DNA from: a virus
Lineage: Duplodnaviria; Caudoviricetes
Length of the DNA stretch: 58,573 nt
Virus record (IMG/VR): IMGVR_UViG_3300031857_000201
Span: 1-58,573 of that record
Reading direction: 5' to 3' (one strand)
This document shows positions 1 through 10,047 of the stretch, one piece after another. The notes beneath the pieces were generated by a model. The model did not search any database and was not told the DNA's origin. It was given only the letters and a program-made list of their open reading frames with translations. The translations under genes were made by a program, and so were the position numbers. How positions within the stretch are numbered: the stretch's first letter is position 1; the number at the start of each line of letters is the position of its first letter.

Positions 1-127
1 CCGGAAGTGCCGCTAAATAAACCCATCCTTCGACAGTAAAGTTGCCGTTTCCAAATTCAAGCGCAGTAGTGTCAGGTATTTGAATGTAATCAGTCGTTCC
101 ATTAAAAAAGTTACCCCACCCCGTCTG
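1..127. repeat. Terminal direct repeat, copy 1 (circular assembly overlap)
   Basis: 1-127 is identical to 58447-58573. It falls inside a CDS that stays in frame across the join, so the genome is circular or permuted with a unit length of 58,446 bp. Confidence 0.97.
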
Positions 128-1720
128 ACTGAACGGCGTGAACGTACCCTGCGTGGTATTACCGTTGCGGGTAATCAGGAAGTTGTTGCTGGACGAGTCA
201 AGGAACGAATTGTTGTTCGCGCTTTGCGAGTTTTGCAGGGTCAGCAGGGATGTGTTCGTGACTGCTGTCAGTGGAGCGGTTGAAGGGGTAAATGTGGTAG
301 TGTAAAGCGCTGTGCCTTTAATCACACGCACGTTGGACATGTAGCCGATCAAATAATTCGCATCGGATATTTCAGCCCATCGACCTATGTTTGCGCCAAA
401 CGAACTACCTGTCGTTATATTACTGCTATTCGTGGCGGTTGACCCGTCTTGCACACCATTAACAAACAATCGCATTGAAGTACCGCTGCGGCTTACTGCG
501 ACGTGATACCAATTATTAGCAGTTCTGGTCGTAGTCCCAACAATTATTGCACTACCATTCCATACTTTAAACAGATTTCCTTCAAAATAAATCCCCAAAG
601 ATGCAGTCGTATTTGGGCCTTGCGCATACAGATACGTGTAACCACCCGGCCCTGTTGCTGAAATAGGATATACCCAAAACTCTACCGTAAAATCACCAGT
701 ACCAAACGTAAAAGCTACATTAGTGGCAGTCGTTAAAAACCCAGTAGTCCCACCAAAATAACCAGCCCCAGAGTTAGGATACGTAGTTAACGAGAACGGC
801 GACAGACCAGCAGCACGGGCATCACCATTTACAGTTATAGCAAAGTTATTGGTACTCGCATCTGTGATCCATGTAGGCACGTTAGTAACAGGAGTGCCTG
901 ACAGCTTCAATGTGGTGTAGTTAAAATACGGGTCGTACATGTTCCAGCTACGATTCGCAGCTGCTTGTAGTGCATCAGATACTGTCCAAATTCCCGGAGT
1001 CGCAGCGCCAAGGGCTGGGTTGTATGCTTGGTAGCCAGTGAATGGTGTGAAGGTGCTGACTGCTGCGTTGCCGTTGGCGGTAATAGCAAATGCGTTGGTG
1101 CTTTGGTCTACGATAGCCGGGGAGTTGCAGGTCAGCAGAGACGTGTTGGTGATGTTGAATAATTGGGTAGGCGGTGTGAAGTTCGCAGTATATAGTGCGG
1201 TGCCTTTAAGAACCCTAAAATTAGATATGTAGCCATTCCAAAGATAGGAAGTGCTGTAATATCCACCGACAGCAAAATAAGTGCCAGTATAATTTGTGGT
1301 ATCTGTAATTGACCCACCGGTGCCAATGCTTGTCTCCAACACCCCATTTATATATAGCTTTGTTACTCCAGAAGCTCTAACAATTGCCAAATGCATCCAA
1401 GTGTTAAATGGCAACTTATTACTAGAAGTGGAGTAGGTGAAATTATTAGCGTAAACAGTAATTGAGTTTGTAGTAAATATATTACACGCAACACTATTAG
1501 ACGCAGTTGCGTTTAATCCTCCAGCATTGGTAGATACTTGAAACATTCCATTGTTAGCACCCGACGTTGCATATACCCAATATTCAATCGTAAAGTCGCC
1601 TGTTCCAAAAGAGAAGTTAGCACTGCTAGGCGTACTTAAATAATCCCCCGTCCCGTCAAAGAAAACGGAATATCCGGTGTCTGCGCCGGTGGTGATGATG
1701 TTTCCGGGATATTTGCTCAT
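1..1720 (-). CDS. 5' part of a 1158-aa multi-LamG (ConA-like lectin) fibre/receptor-binding protein spanning the origin; absent from the ORF track
   Basis: ATG at 1720 (MSKYPGNIITTGADTGYSVFFDGTGDYL...). The frame is open to base 1 and continues at 58446 to the stop at 56690 (1720+1757 = 3477 nt). Repeated FDGTGDYL / GDFTIE.W / W.H.A.VR / GYISN.RV.KG.A.YT motifs are typical of LamG-3 domains. Confidence 0.92.
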   Translation of the reverse strand, partial: MSKYPGNIITTGADTGYSVFFDGTGDYLSTPSSANFSFGTGDFTIEYWVYATSGANNGMFQVSTNAGGLNATASNSVACNIFTTNSITVYANNFTYSTSSNKLPFNTWMHLAIVRASGVTKLYINGVLETSIGTGGSITDTTNYTGTYFAVGGYYSTSYLWNGYISNFRVLKGTALYTANFTPPTQLFNITNTSLLTCNSPAIVDQSTNAFAITANGNAAVSTFTPFTGYQAYNPALGAATPGIWTVSDALQAAANRSWNMYDPYFNYTTLKLSGTPVTNVPTWITDASTNNFAITVNGDARAAGLSPFSLTTYPNSGAGYFGGTTGFLTTATNVAFTFGTGDFTVEFWVYPISATGPGGYTYLYAQGPNTTASLGIYFEGNLFKVWNGSAIIVGTTTRTANNWYHVAVSRSGTSMRLFVNGVQDGSTATNSSNITTGSSFGANIGRWAEISDANYLIGYMSNVRVIKGTALYTTTFTPSTAPLTAVTNTSLLTLQNSQSANNNSFLDSSSNNFLITRNGNTTQGTFTPFSQTGWGNFFNGTTDYIQIPDTTALEFGNGNFTVEGWVYLAALP

Positions 1721-1723
1721 GTC

Positions 1724-3844
1724 TTATTGCCTCGGTAGTGCGACTTGCGGAGGTGTAAAGTTTCTGGTGTAACGGGCGATGCCTTTGGTTACGCGAAGGT
1801 CGTCCATATAGCCGTTATACTCATATGTTGTAGCAGTGCCAAATCTTCCCACCCATAAGGTCGTTCCTTGATATAAAAAAGCAGCGCTTTGGGTTGGGTT
1901 TGTTATCGTTTGGGCTACGCCATTTACATAAATAGAAATTCTATTTGCATCGTTACGCACAAGAGCGATGTGATACCAAGTTCCAGTAACAAAATTAAAT
2001 GAGCAGGAAGCTATAGTGCCGGGGACTCCACCAAACTGCGCCTCCAATCCAGTGGAAGTAACTGTAAAATAAGTAGGCGCAGTAGCGTTATCAGAAAATA
2101 ACATCCTGTAATTTGCCTGTGCTGCGGTTAAATAAAACCATCCCTCTACTGTAAAAGGGGAGTTGGCGGGAATAGAAAATGCGCCCGACATTGGCATACT
2201 AAGCCAATCTCCGGTGCCATCTAGAAATATACTTCCACTGCCATACTTCACGACACTGGTACTGACCTGCGCGTTGCCGACTGTCTCCAAGTTGTTCTTC
2301 ATCGTGCCGTCGAGGATACCGGCATTCGTGAAGTTCAGGAGAAGTGAACAAGACGAAGCATCAAACGTAGTGTTGACATTTGTTGTGCTTGAATATGCAG
2401 ATGCCGAGGCAGAACCAGAGGTGGATAGCAGTGCTATTGGAGCCGAAAACGCACCCGTATAAACAGCCACACCCTTCACAATTCTAAAATTCGCCAAATA
2501 GCCCTGCATTGGGAAAGAGTCGCTACTGATCTTACACAAAACACTAGAGCTACCGACATTTCCACTATACGTAGCAGAACCAACAGAAACACCATTGCGA
2601 TACATCGTTATTGTCGTGCCGTTTCTAACAATGGCGTAATGGCTCCATGTTCCAACAACATCGGACTGACTCGCGGTAATAGTGCTTGATCCGTTGTAAT
2701 AAAAAATCATCGTCCCTCCATTTGGCTGCACTGTGCAGTTAGGAGCGGTTGCATAATTAATATCTAAAATTGTTCTGCTACTTGATATAGAAAGTGGGTA
2801 ATACCAGAACTCAACGGTAAAGTTTCCAGTGCTGAAGTTAAACGCTGCATTAGCAGCGGCACTAAGATAATCTCCTGTCCCATCAAAGTACCCGGAACTG
2901 CCCGTTATTGTTGGGGTGTATTGGTATTGCGGAGCAAACGGAGAAAAAGCTTGGACGTATGGAGTACCAACAAGCGTGATGGTCTTTGGAGTTCCACTAT
3001 TATCAGCAAATCGATTGCTTTGGCATGTCAATAATGAAACATCGGTCGAAGTTGCGCCTTGCGATGTCGTGGTCAACGCAGCCGATGGAGGAATAAAAAC
3101 AACCGTTCCGGAGGTCGTACTGGCTGTTTGATAAGACGTAGGTATGCTTCCTTTAATCAACCTCACGTTCGATATATAGCCAGCCGCATTGTATCCAGCA
3201 ACACCAGTATTCATTAAAAACAAGTTACCTGTAGCAGACCAGTTATTTGCGTCTGTACCTGCAACAGCTAAAACACCATTGACAAAAATACGAGTATCGT
3301 TTGCCGCTGTAGAATTTCTTGTTATTACAACATGAGTCCACTGATTTAGAGGTATTTGATATGAATTGGTCGTAATTACAGCTCCCGTTCCACGCGCATT
3401 TAATGCAACACCTGCATTGAGATTTCTACTGATATACCATCCGGTACTAACAGTCTCAATTGATGCAAATACAGCGTCACTTCCACCTGCTGCCGTGGGG
3501 TATACGAAAAATTCAATGGTGTACTTGCCAGTACCAAACGCATATGCAGCTTGAGAGCCACAATTAATATAGTCAGTCCCCGCTGTTTGGCAAAAGTTAC
3601 TCCACCCCGTTGCGCTAAAAGGCGAGAAACTACCTTGGGTCATCCCCGGATTGCCGCCATTGCGGGTGATCGCAAAGGCATTGCTGCTGGAATCTAAGAA
3701 CGTGTTGTTCTGCGCACCACCTGCTGCGTTATCGGCCTGCAATAGTAACGTGGTGTTTCTGAACAGGGGGTCAGTCACCCACCGCTGACTTGTCAGTGCT
3801 TGTGCTTGTTGGGCTAGGTTCCATACACCTTGGTACTGCGGCAT
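1724..3844 (-). CDS. Multi-LamG (ConA-like lectin) fibre protein, 706 aa, three lectin domains
   Basis: Three repeats with F/YT.EFW/F, W.H.A/V.VR, GY.SN.R..KG motifs. Paralogue of the origin-spanning gene. Confidence 0.88.
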   Translation of the reverse strand: MPQYQGVWNLAQQAQALTSQRWVTDPLFRNTTLLLQADNAAGGAQNNTFLDSSSNAFAITRNGGNPGMTQGSFSPFSATGWSNFCQTAGTDYINCGSQAAYAFGTGKYTIEFFVYPTAAGGSDAVFASIETVSTGWYISRNLNAGVALNARGTGAVITTNSYQIPLNQWTHVVITRNSTAANDTRIFVNGVLAVAGTDANNWSATGNLFLMNTGVAGYNAAGYISNVRLIKGSIPTSYQTASTTSGTVVFIPPSAALTTTSQGATSTDVSLLTCQSNRFADNSGTPKTITLVGTPYVQAFSPFAPQYQYTPTITGSSGYFDGTGDYLSAAANAAFNFSTGNFTVEFWYYPLSISSSRTILDINYATAPNCTVQPNGGTMIFYYNGSSTITASQSDVVGTWSHYAIVRNGTTITMYRNGVSVGSATYSGNVGSSSVLCKISSDSFPMQGYLANFRIVKGVAVYTGAFSAPIALLSTSGSASASAYSSTTNVNTTFDASSCSLLLNFTNAGILDGTMKNNLETVGNAQVSTSVVKYGSGSIFLDGTGDWLSMPMSGAFSIPANSPFTVEGWFYLTAAQANYRMLFSDNATAPTYFTVTSTGLEAQFGGVPGTIASCSFNFVTGTWYHIALVRNDANRISIYVNGVAQTITNPTQSAAFLYQGTTLWVGRFGTATTYEYNGYMDDLRVTKGIARYTRNFTPPQVALPRQ

Positions 3845-3847
3845 GGC

Positions 3848-4294
3848 TTACTCCAATCCGGAAATCTGCTGGCTGGTCAGTGCTTGTATATCTGCCGTGG
3901 TTAACGCAGGGATATCTGCTGACTCCAGCACTACCGGGGCTTGCGTCTCAATAACCATCTGCGGCTCAACTTCAACAACAGGTTCGATGACAGGAGCATC
4001 AACACTAGGAGCCACGACAGGAGAACGAAATTCATTAGCATCTGCGTCATATGTATCTCCTATACTTGCATACTTGCCACGGAAATTACCGTTGTAGCTG
4101 GTCTGCGCCCAGCAGGTGTCTGCACCATACAACCCTTGGAGAAACTGAATACCCCTCTCTTCCGACAGCACTAATTTTTCCTTAATGAAGCCATTCTCTA
4201 TAATAACTTCCGAATTAATAGCCAACTCATTGTTGTGCACTACAAACACCGCAGTAACTGTATTATTTTCATCAAGCTTTGCAAAATGAGCCAT
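3848..4294 (-). CDS. Fibre-associated small protein (MAHFAKLDENN family), possible assembly chaperone
   Basis: Likely ATG at 4294 with upstream GAGG. Motif W.QTSYN.NFRGKYA.IG.TYD is common next to glycine-rich fibre genes. Confidence 0.7.
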   Translation of the reverse strand: MAHFAKLDENNTVTAVFVVHNNELAINSEVIIENGFIKEKLVLSEERGIQFLQGLYGADTCWAQTSYNGNFRGKYASIGDTYDADANEFRSPVVAPSVDAPVIEPVVEVEPQMVIETQAPVVLESADIPALTTADIQALTSQQISGLE

Positions 4295-4301
4295 ATCAAC
4301 C

Positions 4302-5210
4302 TCAGAATGTAATGCTGCCGCTGCCGGTAAAAATGTAAACCCAACGGCCATTAAAAACGTATATTGAAGGAGAACCTGTAACCGATGCGGCAGGGGCATA
4401 TGTAATTGGGTACGTTAGTATCACAACTCCGGAAGACCCTGAACCACCGGCGGAAGTGCCGCCAACGTTGACCCTCGTACCGCCGCCGCCACCCGCTCCA
4501 AAATTGGCTGTAGCATTTGATCCTGCTGCGGTGCCACCAGCACCAGCTCCGCCACCACCTGTGGCAGAACCTCCAGTATTAGATCCTCCACCACCACCGC
4601 CCCCGGCTCTTGTTATGGCCGCTCCAGTAATACTAGAAGTCACACCAGAGCCGCCCGTCCCGCCTGTGCCAGTACCTGTTGCATACGCTCCTGAGTAACC
4701 TTGGCTCGTCGTGCCATTCCCTACAAGAGTGGCACCGCCACCGACACTACCAGCGCCCCCGCCCCCACCAGCTCCTATCGCACCAATATTTGCAACGGCA
4801 GTTTGCCAGCCTCCTCCACTACCACCGGATGTAGCATCTTGATTACTTGGAAATCCACCTCCGCCTCGTCCACCGCCAGTAGCAGTTATGCTACTAAACA
4901 CTGAATTAGACCCACCTGCGCTTGCTCCACCACCACCACCTACTGTAACTGTGTAGGCCACGCCACGAGTAATGGCTAAAGGAGATTCAGCGCTTGCGCC
5001 ACCACCAGATGATTCTCCTACAACGGACGATCTATATCCTCCGGCACCACCGCCCCCTCCGACCCATGTGTCGCCATCTACGGAGATCGTCCCGCCCCCT
5101 CCCCCTCCTGCTAATACAACGTACTGGACATTTGGCGTAATGAACACGTTGTTAGCAACGGGGTTATATCCACTGGATATGAAATTACCGGGGATAGAGC
5201 GCAAAGGCAT
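4302..5210 (-). CDS. Glycine-rich virion fibre protein
   Basis: V.YVVLAGGGGGG...GGGGAGGYR, YTVTVGGGG, GGSGSSGVVILTYP and terminal YIFTGSGSITF are typical of phage glycine-rich domains. Confidence 0.8.
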   Translation of the reverse strand: MPLRSIPGNFISSGYNPVANNVFITPNVQYVVLAGGGGGGTISVDGDTWVGGGGGAGGYRSSVVGESSGGGASAESPLAITRGVAYTVTVGGGGGASAGGSNSVFSSITATGGGRGGGGFPSNQDATSGGSGGGWQTAVANIGAIGAGGGGGAGSVGGGATLVGNGTTSQGYSGAYATGTGTGGTGGSGVTSSITGAAITRAGGGGGGGSNTGGSATGGGGAGAGGTAAGSNATANFGAGGGGGTRVNVGGTSAGGSGSSGVVILTYPITYAPAASVTGSPSIYVFNGRWVYIFTGSGSITF

Positions 5211-5220
5211 ACTTCACCTA

Positions 5221-5628
5221 TTAGGTAATAGCTTCAAACGTCGCGGTGAAAGTCAGAGCAGATGCCGTGCCGGAAAATGCAGCCACCGACTGGTTCTCCG
5301 TGACGTATATTGAATTCGTCTTGTCGATAATAACCAATGTAGAATTCGGAGGGACTGAAATCTGATACGCCGGGTAGGTAATCACAGTAGCTGATCCGAA
5401 TGTAGCATTGTTACCTACTGCAATCGTGGCAGTCGCTGCCGAAGCAGTAGTATTGGATGCGGTGATTGAGGTCACGCGGTTTACTGTGTTGGTGGCTGGC
5501 TTCAGGCCAGTTAATGAAGTGGTCCCGTCATACGTCCACGAAGTCGTGGCAGTAGCCGCAGCTGAAGGGATAACGTAAGCGGTATTTCCGTAAATACTCG
5601 TTACATTGACAATATTCGGGTTAGCCAT
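5221..5628 (-). CDS. Small beta-rich virion protein (MANPNIVNV family), likely a fibre connector
   Basis: 135 aa, Thr/Ala-rich, with AAGGAG RBS, inside the fibre module. Confidence 0.7.
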   Translation of the reverse strand: MANPNIVNVTSIYGNTAYVIPSAAATATTSWTYDGTTSLTGLKPATNTVNRVTSITASNTTASAATATIAVGNNATFGSATVITYPAYQISVPPNSTLVIIDKTNSIYVTENQSVAAFSGTASALTFTATFEAIT

Positions 5629-5638
5629 TTAATACTCC

Positions 5639-6238
5639 TTAGAAGCCGAAGATCATCGCCATAGCGATGCTTTTACCTGTTGTAATACCGCCACCACCGC
5701 CAGTGGCCGAAAGCGTACCGCCGACGAATGTCAAATTAGACCCAATAGTTACGTTGCTAAACCCACCTGATCCATTGCCGTATAAGATGGAAGTGCCTGA
5801 AGTAGCCGGTGCGTAGTCAGTGCCGGATACCGCGTTACTAAAACCGCCAGAACCGTCACCTTTTAAAATTGCAGTGCCGCTAGTCGCTGGGGCGTAATCG
5901 GTGCCTGAAACTGCTGCAGAAATGGCTGTACCGTTACCCTTGAGAACGCCAGTAACAGTAGTCGACAGGGTAATAGCAGGAGTCGTCGTTGGATTCGCGA
6001 CAGTGCCCGCTAATCCATTAGTATTGACCACCGATATCGTGGACACTGTGCCGGTTGCACCATCTTTGGTCGCGATGACTTGCACAACGTTCGAGCTGTC
6101 TTTATAAAACAACTTGCCGTCAGCGATGTTGATCGCGAGTTCCGCACCATTGGTATTATCCAGATTCCCAGCCGACGGGGTAGCTGAAGGGGTGCTGCTG
6201 GCATATAGCTTTATTGGTGTATAACCTGTTTGGGCCAT
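5639..6238 (-). CDS. Fibre protein with Mtd-N-like N-terminus and internal ~25-aa repeats
   Basis: N-terminal P.AGNL...ELAINIADGKLFYKD, repeated AVSGTDYAPATSGT.IL.G.GSGGFSN, and C-terminal GKSIAMAMIFGF. Confidence 0.75.
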   Translation of the reverse strand: MAQTGYTPIKLYASSTPSATPSAGNLDNTNGAELAINIADGKLFYKDSSNVVQVIATKDGATGTVSTISVVNTNGLAGTVANPTTTPAITLSTTVTGVLKGNGTAISAAVSGTDYAPATSGTAILKGDGSGGFSNAVSGTDYAPATSGTSILYGNGSGGFSNVTIGSNLTFVGGTLSATGGGGGITTGKSIAMAMIFGF

Positions 6239-8649
6239 TAGAATGTACCTCCGGAGATTCCTGAAGTGGCAACAATATTCGCTGCAGTTAATGTATTAGA
6301 AGATGGGTTATAGGTCATATCAGTATCTACGCATACCCCATTACTACCGCTGGTACCTGGCATAAACGCCATGTAATAAGTGCTGTTGGCCGTAACTGCT
6401 GTAGTTGTTACATTAGCTGCGTTACCTACGTCAAGAGTAGATTGCGCCGCATAAGTAGGCGCACCTGCGCCTGCAACCAAAACGTACCCCGTAGATCCAA
6501 GTGCCAAAGACGTTAGCGAGGTAGTGCCATTGGCGTACACTAAATCACCGGCGGTGTAAGAGGTCAACCCGGTGCCGCCATAAGCGGCTTGGATGGTGCT
6601 CGCGTTCCAAGTGCCGGTGGTAAGCGTTCCGACGCCGGTAATACCGGTGTAAGAACCGCTGATGTAACTTGACCCTACGGTACCCGAGGTGATCTGATTA
6701 CCATCAATAGCAATATTGGTGTCCGCCAAAGCCGTCAATTGGCCCTGAGCGTTGACAGTCGCGGTTAAAGTCTTGCTGGCGGCACCATACGATGCTGCGG
6801 TAACCCCGGTATTAGTAATACTAAACTGTGTACCAGATAACGTTAGACCAGTACCGGCACTATAAATCTGAGCACTGGATATTTGGGCAAAGGTAATAGC
6901 TGTGGTGCCAAATGTTATAACACCTGCTGTGTTACAAACATAAGTCTCACCAGCACCTGTATTACCACTAGTAACGAAGAATGCGTCCCCATTACCTAAA
7001 GCATTTGTATCTTTTAAACCGTAACTATCAGCGTCAGCGGTTCGAGTTAGCACCCACGCGGTTGAACCATCGCCAACAATGGTTACCTCATATACGCCAT
7101 TCTCAAATTGATTTGTCTGGTTGTAAACCAGAATACGATCGCCAATCTGCGCGGTAGGGCCATCTGGCGCAAATGCAACTAATGCGCCTGCATTTGTTAG
7201 CGTAGCGCCAACACCTGCAGTTCCGTTATTGTATGTGGCATTTAAATTACCGGTACTATTTGGTACCTCGTATTTGACGGGCGCATGATACGTAATACCG
7301 GTAGCTACTAAGGTGTCGACATACTGCTTCGTCGCTGCCTGCAGATTCGAAGTCGGGTCCTGTGTGAGCGTTACTGATGTCAGACCCGCCAAAGTAGTCG
7401 AAGTGCCGCCCAACGCGATGTTAGTCGAGCCAATCGTCACCGACGAATTATCGAGGGCGTTATTCGGAATGGCAGTTAGAGTGTTCGTCGCGCCAGAAAT
7501 CGACTTGTTGGTAAAGGTCTGCGTACCTGCCAGAGTTGCAACGGTCGAATCAATCGCAATTGTTACCGGCGACCCGCCGTTGAAGCTACCACCACTCAAG
7601 CCGGTGCCGATAGTCAAAGTGCTAGTAGTCGAAGCGGTAATAGTCGTTGAACCCCCGAGGGATACCGAGTTGCCATTAATGGTTACTGAACTATTAGCCA
7701 ACTGGGCGTTGCTGATTGTGCCGCTCAGATCAGTCGTCGGAACGGTGGCCGAAGCTGTCATTACCGCCGTGCCATTGCCTTTAACGTATCCGGTTAAAGT
7801 AGTAGCGCCTGTACCGCCATTGGCAGGCGTTAGAGTACCACCTAGTGTCAAAGTGCCAATGGACGTAATAGGCCCACCTGAGAACGTCATGCCGGTACTA
7901 CCACCCGACGCGTTAATTGACGTTACCCCCGCGCCAACTGCAATTGACCCCCAGACATTATTGGCATAGCCTTCAAAGTTAGCGGTTTCTTCATTGTACC
8001 GAATGGTGCCATTAACGGGTATTGGGCTGCGGTCAGCTGTCTGACCTTTTGGTAGCACAATACCTGCAAGCCCGGGAAGTACAGCATTACTTGCAATACT
8101 AAAAGTAGGGTTACCTGCAGTACCTTGCGGGTTGGCAACATCAATTTGGTCAGTTGTGCCTGCAAGCTGCCGTACAGTGGCACCAGTGCCTAGCAAAGTC
8201 AATTGCCCAAAGCCACTTAAACCAGCTATGGTTGCGGATAGGCCATCCAGTGCAATAGTTGGGTCGCCAGAAACACCCGAGCCGTTGGTAATAGTCAATC
8301 CTTGGCCAGAAACTTGAATGCTTCTAGAGGCCAGATTGCCACTGGATGTCTTGGCCAGCATACCAGTGCTAACATTAATTAGGCTTAATAGTTCTGCAGT
8401 TGGGCTAATTTGGTACTGCCCAAGCGCGCCCCCATCAGTAACAGTTAGACCTGCGCCAACGCCGATATATCGGCTATTAGGCAGCGTGGTTTGTAAGCCA
8501 ACTGTTAAGAAAGTCTGAGTTTGCGATGGGCTAGCAGAAATGGCAGCTGTTGTTGTTTTAACAGTAACGCCATTTTGCACAATGGGTACAGACTCTGCGC
8601 CAGTAATAGGCCCAGCATTTGGGAGTTGCGTAATCTGTATGTTGGCCAT
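6238..8649 (-). CDS. Long fibre protein, 803 aa
   Basis: Thr/Gly/Ser-rich with fibre motifs (GGTGATT, AATKQYVD, YSAGTGLTLSG, VNAQGQLT). Ends ISGGTF. Confidence 0.82.
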   Translation of the reverse strand: MANIQITQLPNAGPITGAESVPIVQNGVTVKTTTAAISASPSQTQTFLTVGLQTTLPNSRYIGVGAGLTVTDGGALGQYQISPTAELLSLINVSTGMLAKTSSGNLASRSIQVSGQGLTITNGSGVSGDPTIALDGLSATIAGLSGFGQLTLLGTGATVRQLAGTTDQIDVANPQGTAGNPTFSIASNAVLPGLAGIVLPKGQTADRSPIPVNGTIRYNEETANFEGYANNVWGSIAVGAGVTSINASGGSTGMTFSGGPITSIGTLTLGGTLTPANGGTGATTLTGYVKGNGTAVMTASATVPTTDLSGTISNAQLANSSVTINGNSVSLGGSTTITASTTSTLTIGTGLSGGSFNGGSPVTIAIDSTVATLAGTQTFTNKSISGATNTLTAIPNNALDNSSVTIGSTNIALGGTSTTLAGLTSVTLTQDPTSNLQAATKQYVDTLVATGITYHAPVKYEVPNSTGNLNATYNNGTAGVGATLTNAGALVAFAPDGPTAQIGDRILVYNQTNQFENGVYEVTIVGDGSTAWVLTRTADADSYGLKDTNALGNGDAFFVTSGNTGAGETYVCNTAGVITFGTTAITFAQISSAQIYSAGTGLTLSGTQFSITNTGVTAASYGAASKTLTATVNAQGQLTALADTNIAIDGNQITSGTVGSSYISGSYTGITGVGTLTTGTWNASTIQAAYGGTGLTSYTAGDLVYANGTTSLTSLALGSTGYVLVAGAGAPTYAAQSTLDVGNAANVTTTAVTANSTYYMAFMPGTSGSNGVCVDTDMTYNPSSNTLTAANIVATSGISGGTF

Positions 8650-8650
8650 G

Positions 8651-8986
8651 TTAAGGACTCAAATTATCCAAGTTGCCGTTATTCTCAGGAGTATCAACAT
8701 TTTGCTCCGGAGAAATTTCATAATTCTCGTACGGTCCGGTTATTAATGCATCCGGATTCGTAGCAATGTCAGCATCAGGTCGCGGAAAACGTATCGCGAT
8801 TTTCTCAGGCTGCCTTGCCGGCAATCTATACGGATCAAATTGATCTTTGCAACCTTGATTACATACTCTTAAGCCAGGAAAGTTAGGGTCTTGGCTTAAA
8901 TCTACATACGCTCTCTTCATACGGCAACGATCGCATATTGCTATGCTGATGATGCTATTGCCAGTGGTGTCGAGAGTGCGTGGCAT
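8651..8986 (-). CDS. Small Cys-rich (putative Zn-binding) virion-module protein
   Basis: CDRC...VCNQGC motif. TAATG coupling to the upstream gene. Confidence 0.7.
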   Translation of the reverse strand: MPRTLDTTGNSIISIAICDRCRMKRAYVDLSQDPNFPGLRVCNQGCKDQFDPYRLPARQPEKIAIRFPRPDADIATNPDALITGPYENYEISPEQNVDTPENNGNLDNLSP

Positions 8987-10044
8987 TATCTTGTATAGGG
9001 CGCAATGTTAGGCGCAAAGTAAATAGGCGACTTATCTCTTTCTTCTTGCTCAGCTTGAGCCCAATATTTTTCTGCTTGCTGCTCGCAGTAACCAATTCTG
9101 CCAGGATCTACACCAGGGAGTTCCATGGCCATTTGATGCGCCAGCATATTTTGTACTGCCAAATACCAACGTTGCGGTATCTCAAGCTCACCATTCAATG
9201 CGCCAACATCCTCAATTTGTCGATGACACCATGCAACAATTTGTTTGAAAGGATTGCCAGGCACCGGCCATGTGTACATAGAAGGTTGTGGAATGGTTCT
9301 ATCAAACCAAAATAGCAAAGGTTGGTCTGCAGTAAAGTTTTTGTTAGGCAAATTGGTGTAATCATCACGATTAAGCCGCGCCATAGGGATCTCTGTAGGC
9401 GCTGTGCCCCATACCAATTCACGAACAGCCAATGTATTGCCACCAGTTTCCTTAATCCGCCATAAAATTGCGGTTGCGCTAGGCTCTAAATCATAATAAA
9501 GCCATTTTCCATCAACCCAAGTGGTAGCGCCAGGTGCATAAAGCGTCGTCCAAGTGATATTATCACTACTGTATTGTATTTCGATGTTAAAAACACCGGA
9601 AGTGCCTGCCAAAATGCCAACAGTGGCCATATAAACAGCATTACTAGTGCCATTATTGATGCCAATATACCCATCAGGCGAAGTTTGTTGGCAAATTGTG
9701 TCTAAATCACCATCATACGCAAGACTTGCATTACCAGATGACGCAAACATGCCATTTGTTAGGCGCGTAACCGTGCGATAATTGGCATTTAATACATCAA
9801 CGGTGCCTAAAGGCATATCATAGATGTATTGGTCCGGGTAAAGGCCTAGAACATTTTTTTGAATGCACCAATATTGAATGCCACGATTGGCCATATTGGA
9901 CAATATATAGAACAAACACTCTTTAGATGACAAAACTTGCTCATTAGTGAGCTCTTCTGCCAATTTGCCTGCACGGCGAGCACCATGATCTATCAGTGTT
10001 TGTACTGATATAACGGTATTTCCAACTGTTCCACTAGTTGCCAT
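8986..10044 (-). CDS. Head-tail adaptor-like protein (P22 gp4 / tail tubular A-like) with an inserted beta-sandwich domain
   Basis: Helical N-terminus (LIDHGARRAG...MANRGIQYW), RL.RDDY.NLPNK...QP..FWFDR, TWPVP, and PQRWYLAV. Central insertion AYDGDLDT...FNIEIQYSSDNITWTT resembles a discoidin/F5-8 domain. Confidence 0.6.
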   Translation of the reverse strand: MATSGTVGNTVISVQTLIDHGARRAGKLAEELTNEQVLSSKECLFYILSNMANRGIQYWCIQKNVLGLYPDQYIYDMPLGTVDVLNANYRTVTRLTNGMFASSGNASLAYDGDLDTICQQTSPDGYIGINNGTSNAVYMATVGILAGTSGVFNIEIQYSSDNITWTTLYAPGATTWVDGKWLYYDLEPSATAILWRIKETGGNTLAVRELVWGTAPTEIPMARLNRDDYTNLPNKNFTADQPLLFWFDRTIPQPSMYTWPVPGNPFKQIVAWCHRQIEDVGALNGELEIPQRWYLAVQNMLAHQMAMELPGVDPGRIGYCEQQAEKYWAQAEQEERDKSPIYFAPNIAPYTR

Positions 10045-10047
10045 GCG

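Noticed and set aside
1-127. Terminal repeat as a biological direct terminal repeat
   Set aside because: It is exactly 127 bp, a common assembler k-mer length, and lies mid-gene. It is best explained as circular assembly overlap.
1-3844. Diversity-generating retroelement acting on the lectin genes
   Set aside because: No reverse transcriptase and no TR/VR pair differing only at adenines. The similarity is between paralogous linkers.
4456-5313. Proline-rich plus-strand ORFs
   Set aside because: Antisense mirror of the glycine-rich fibre gene.
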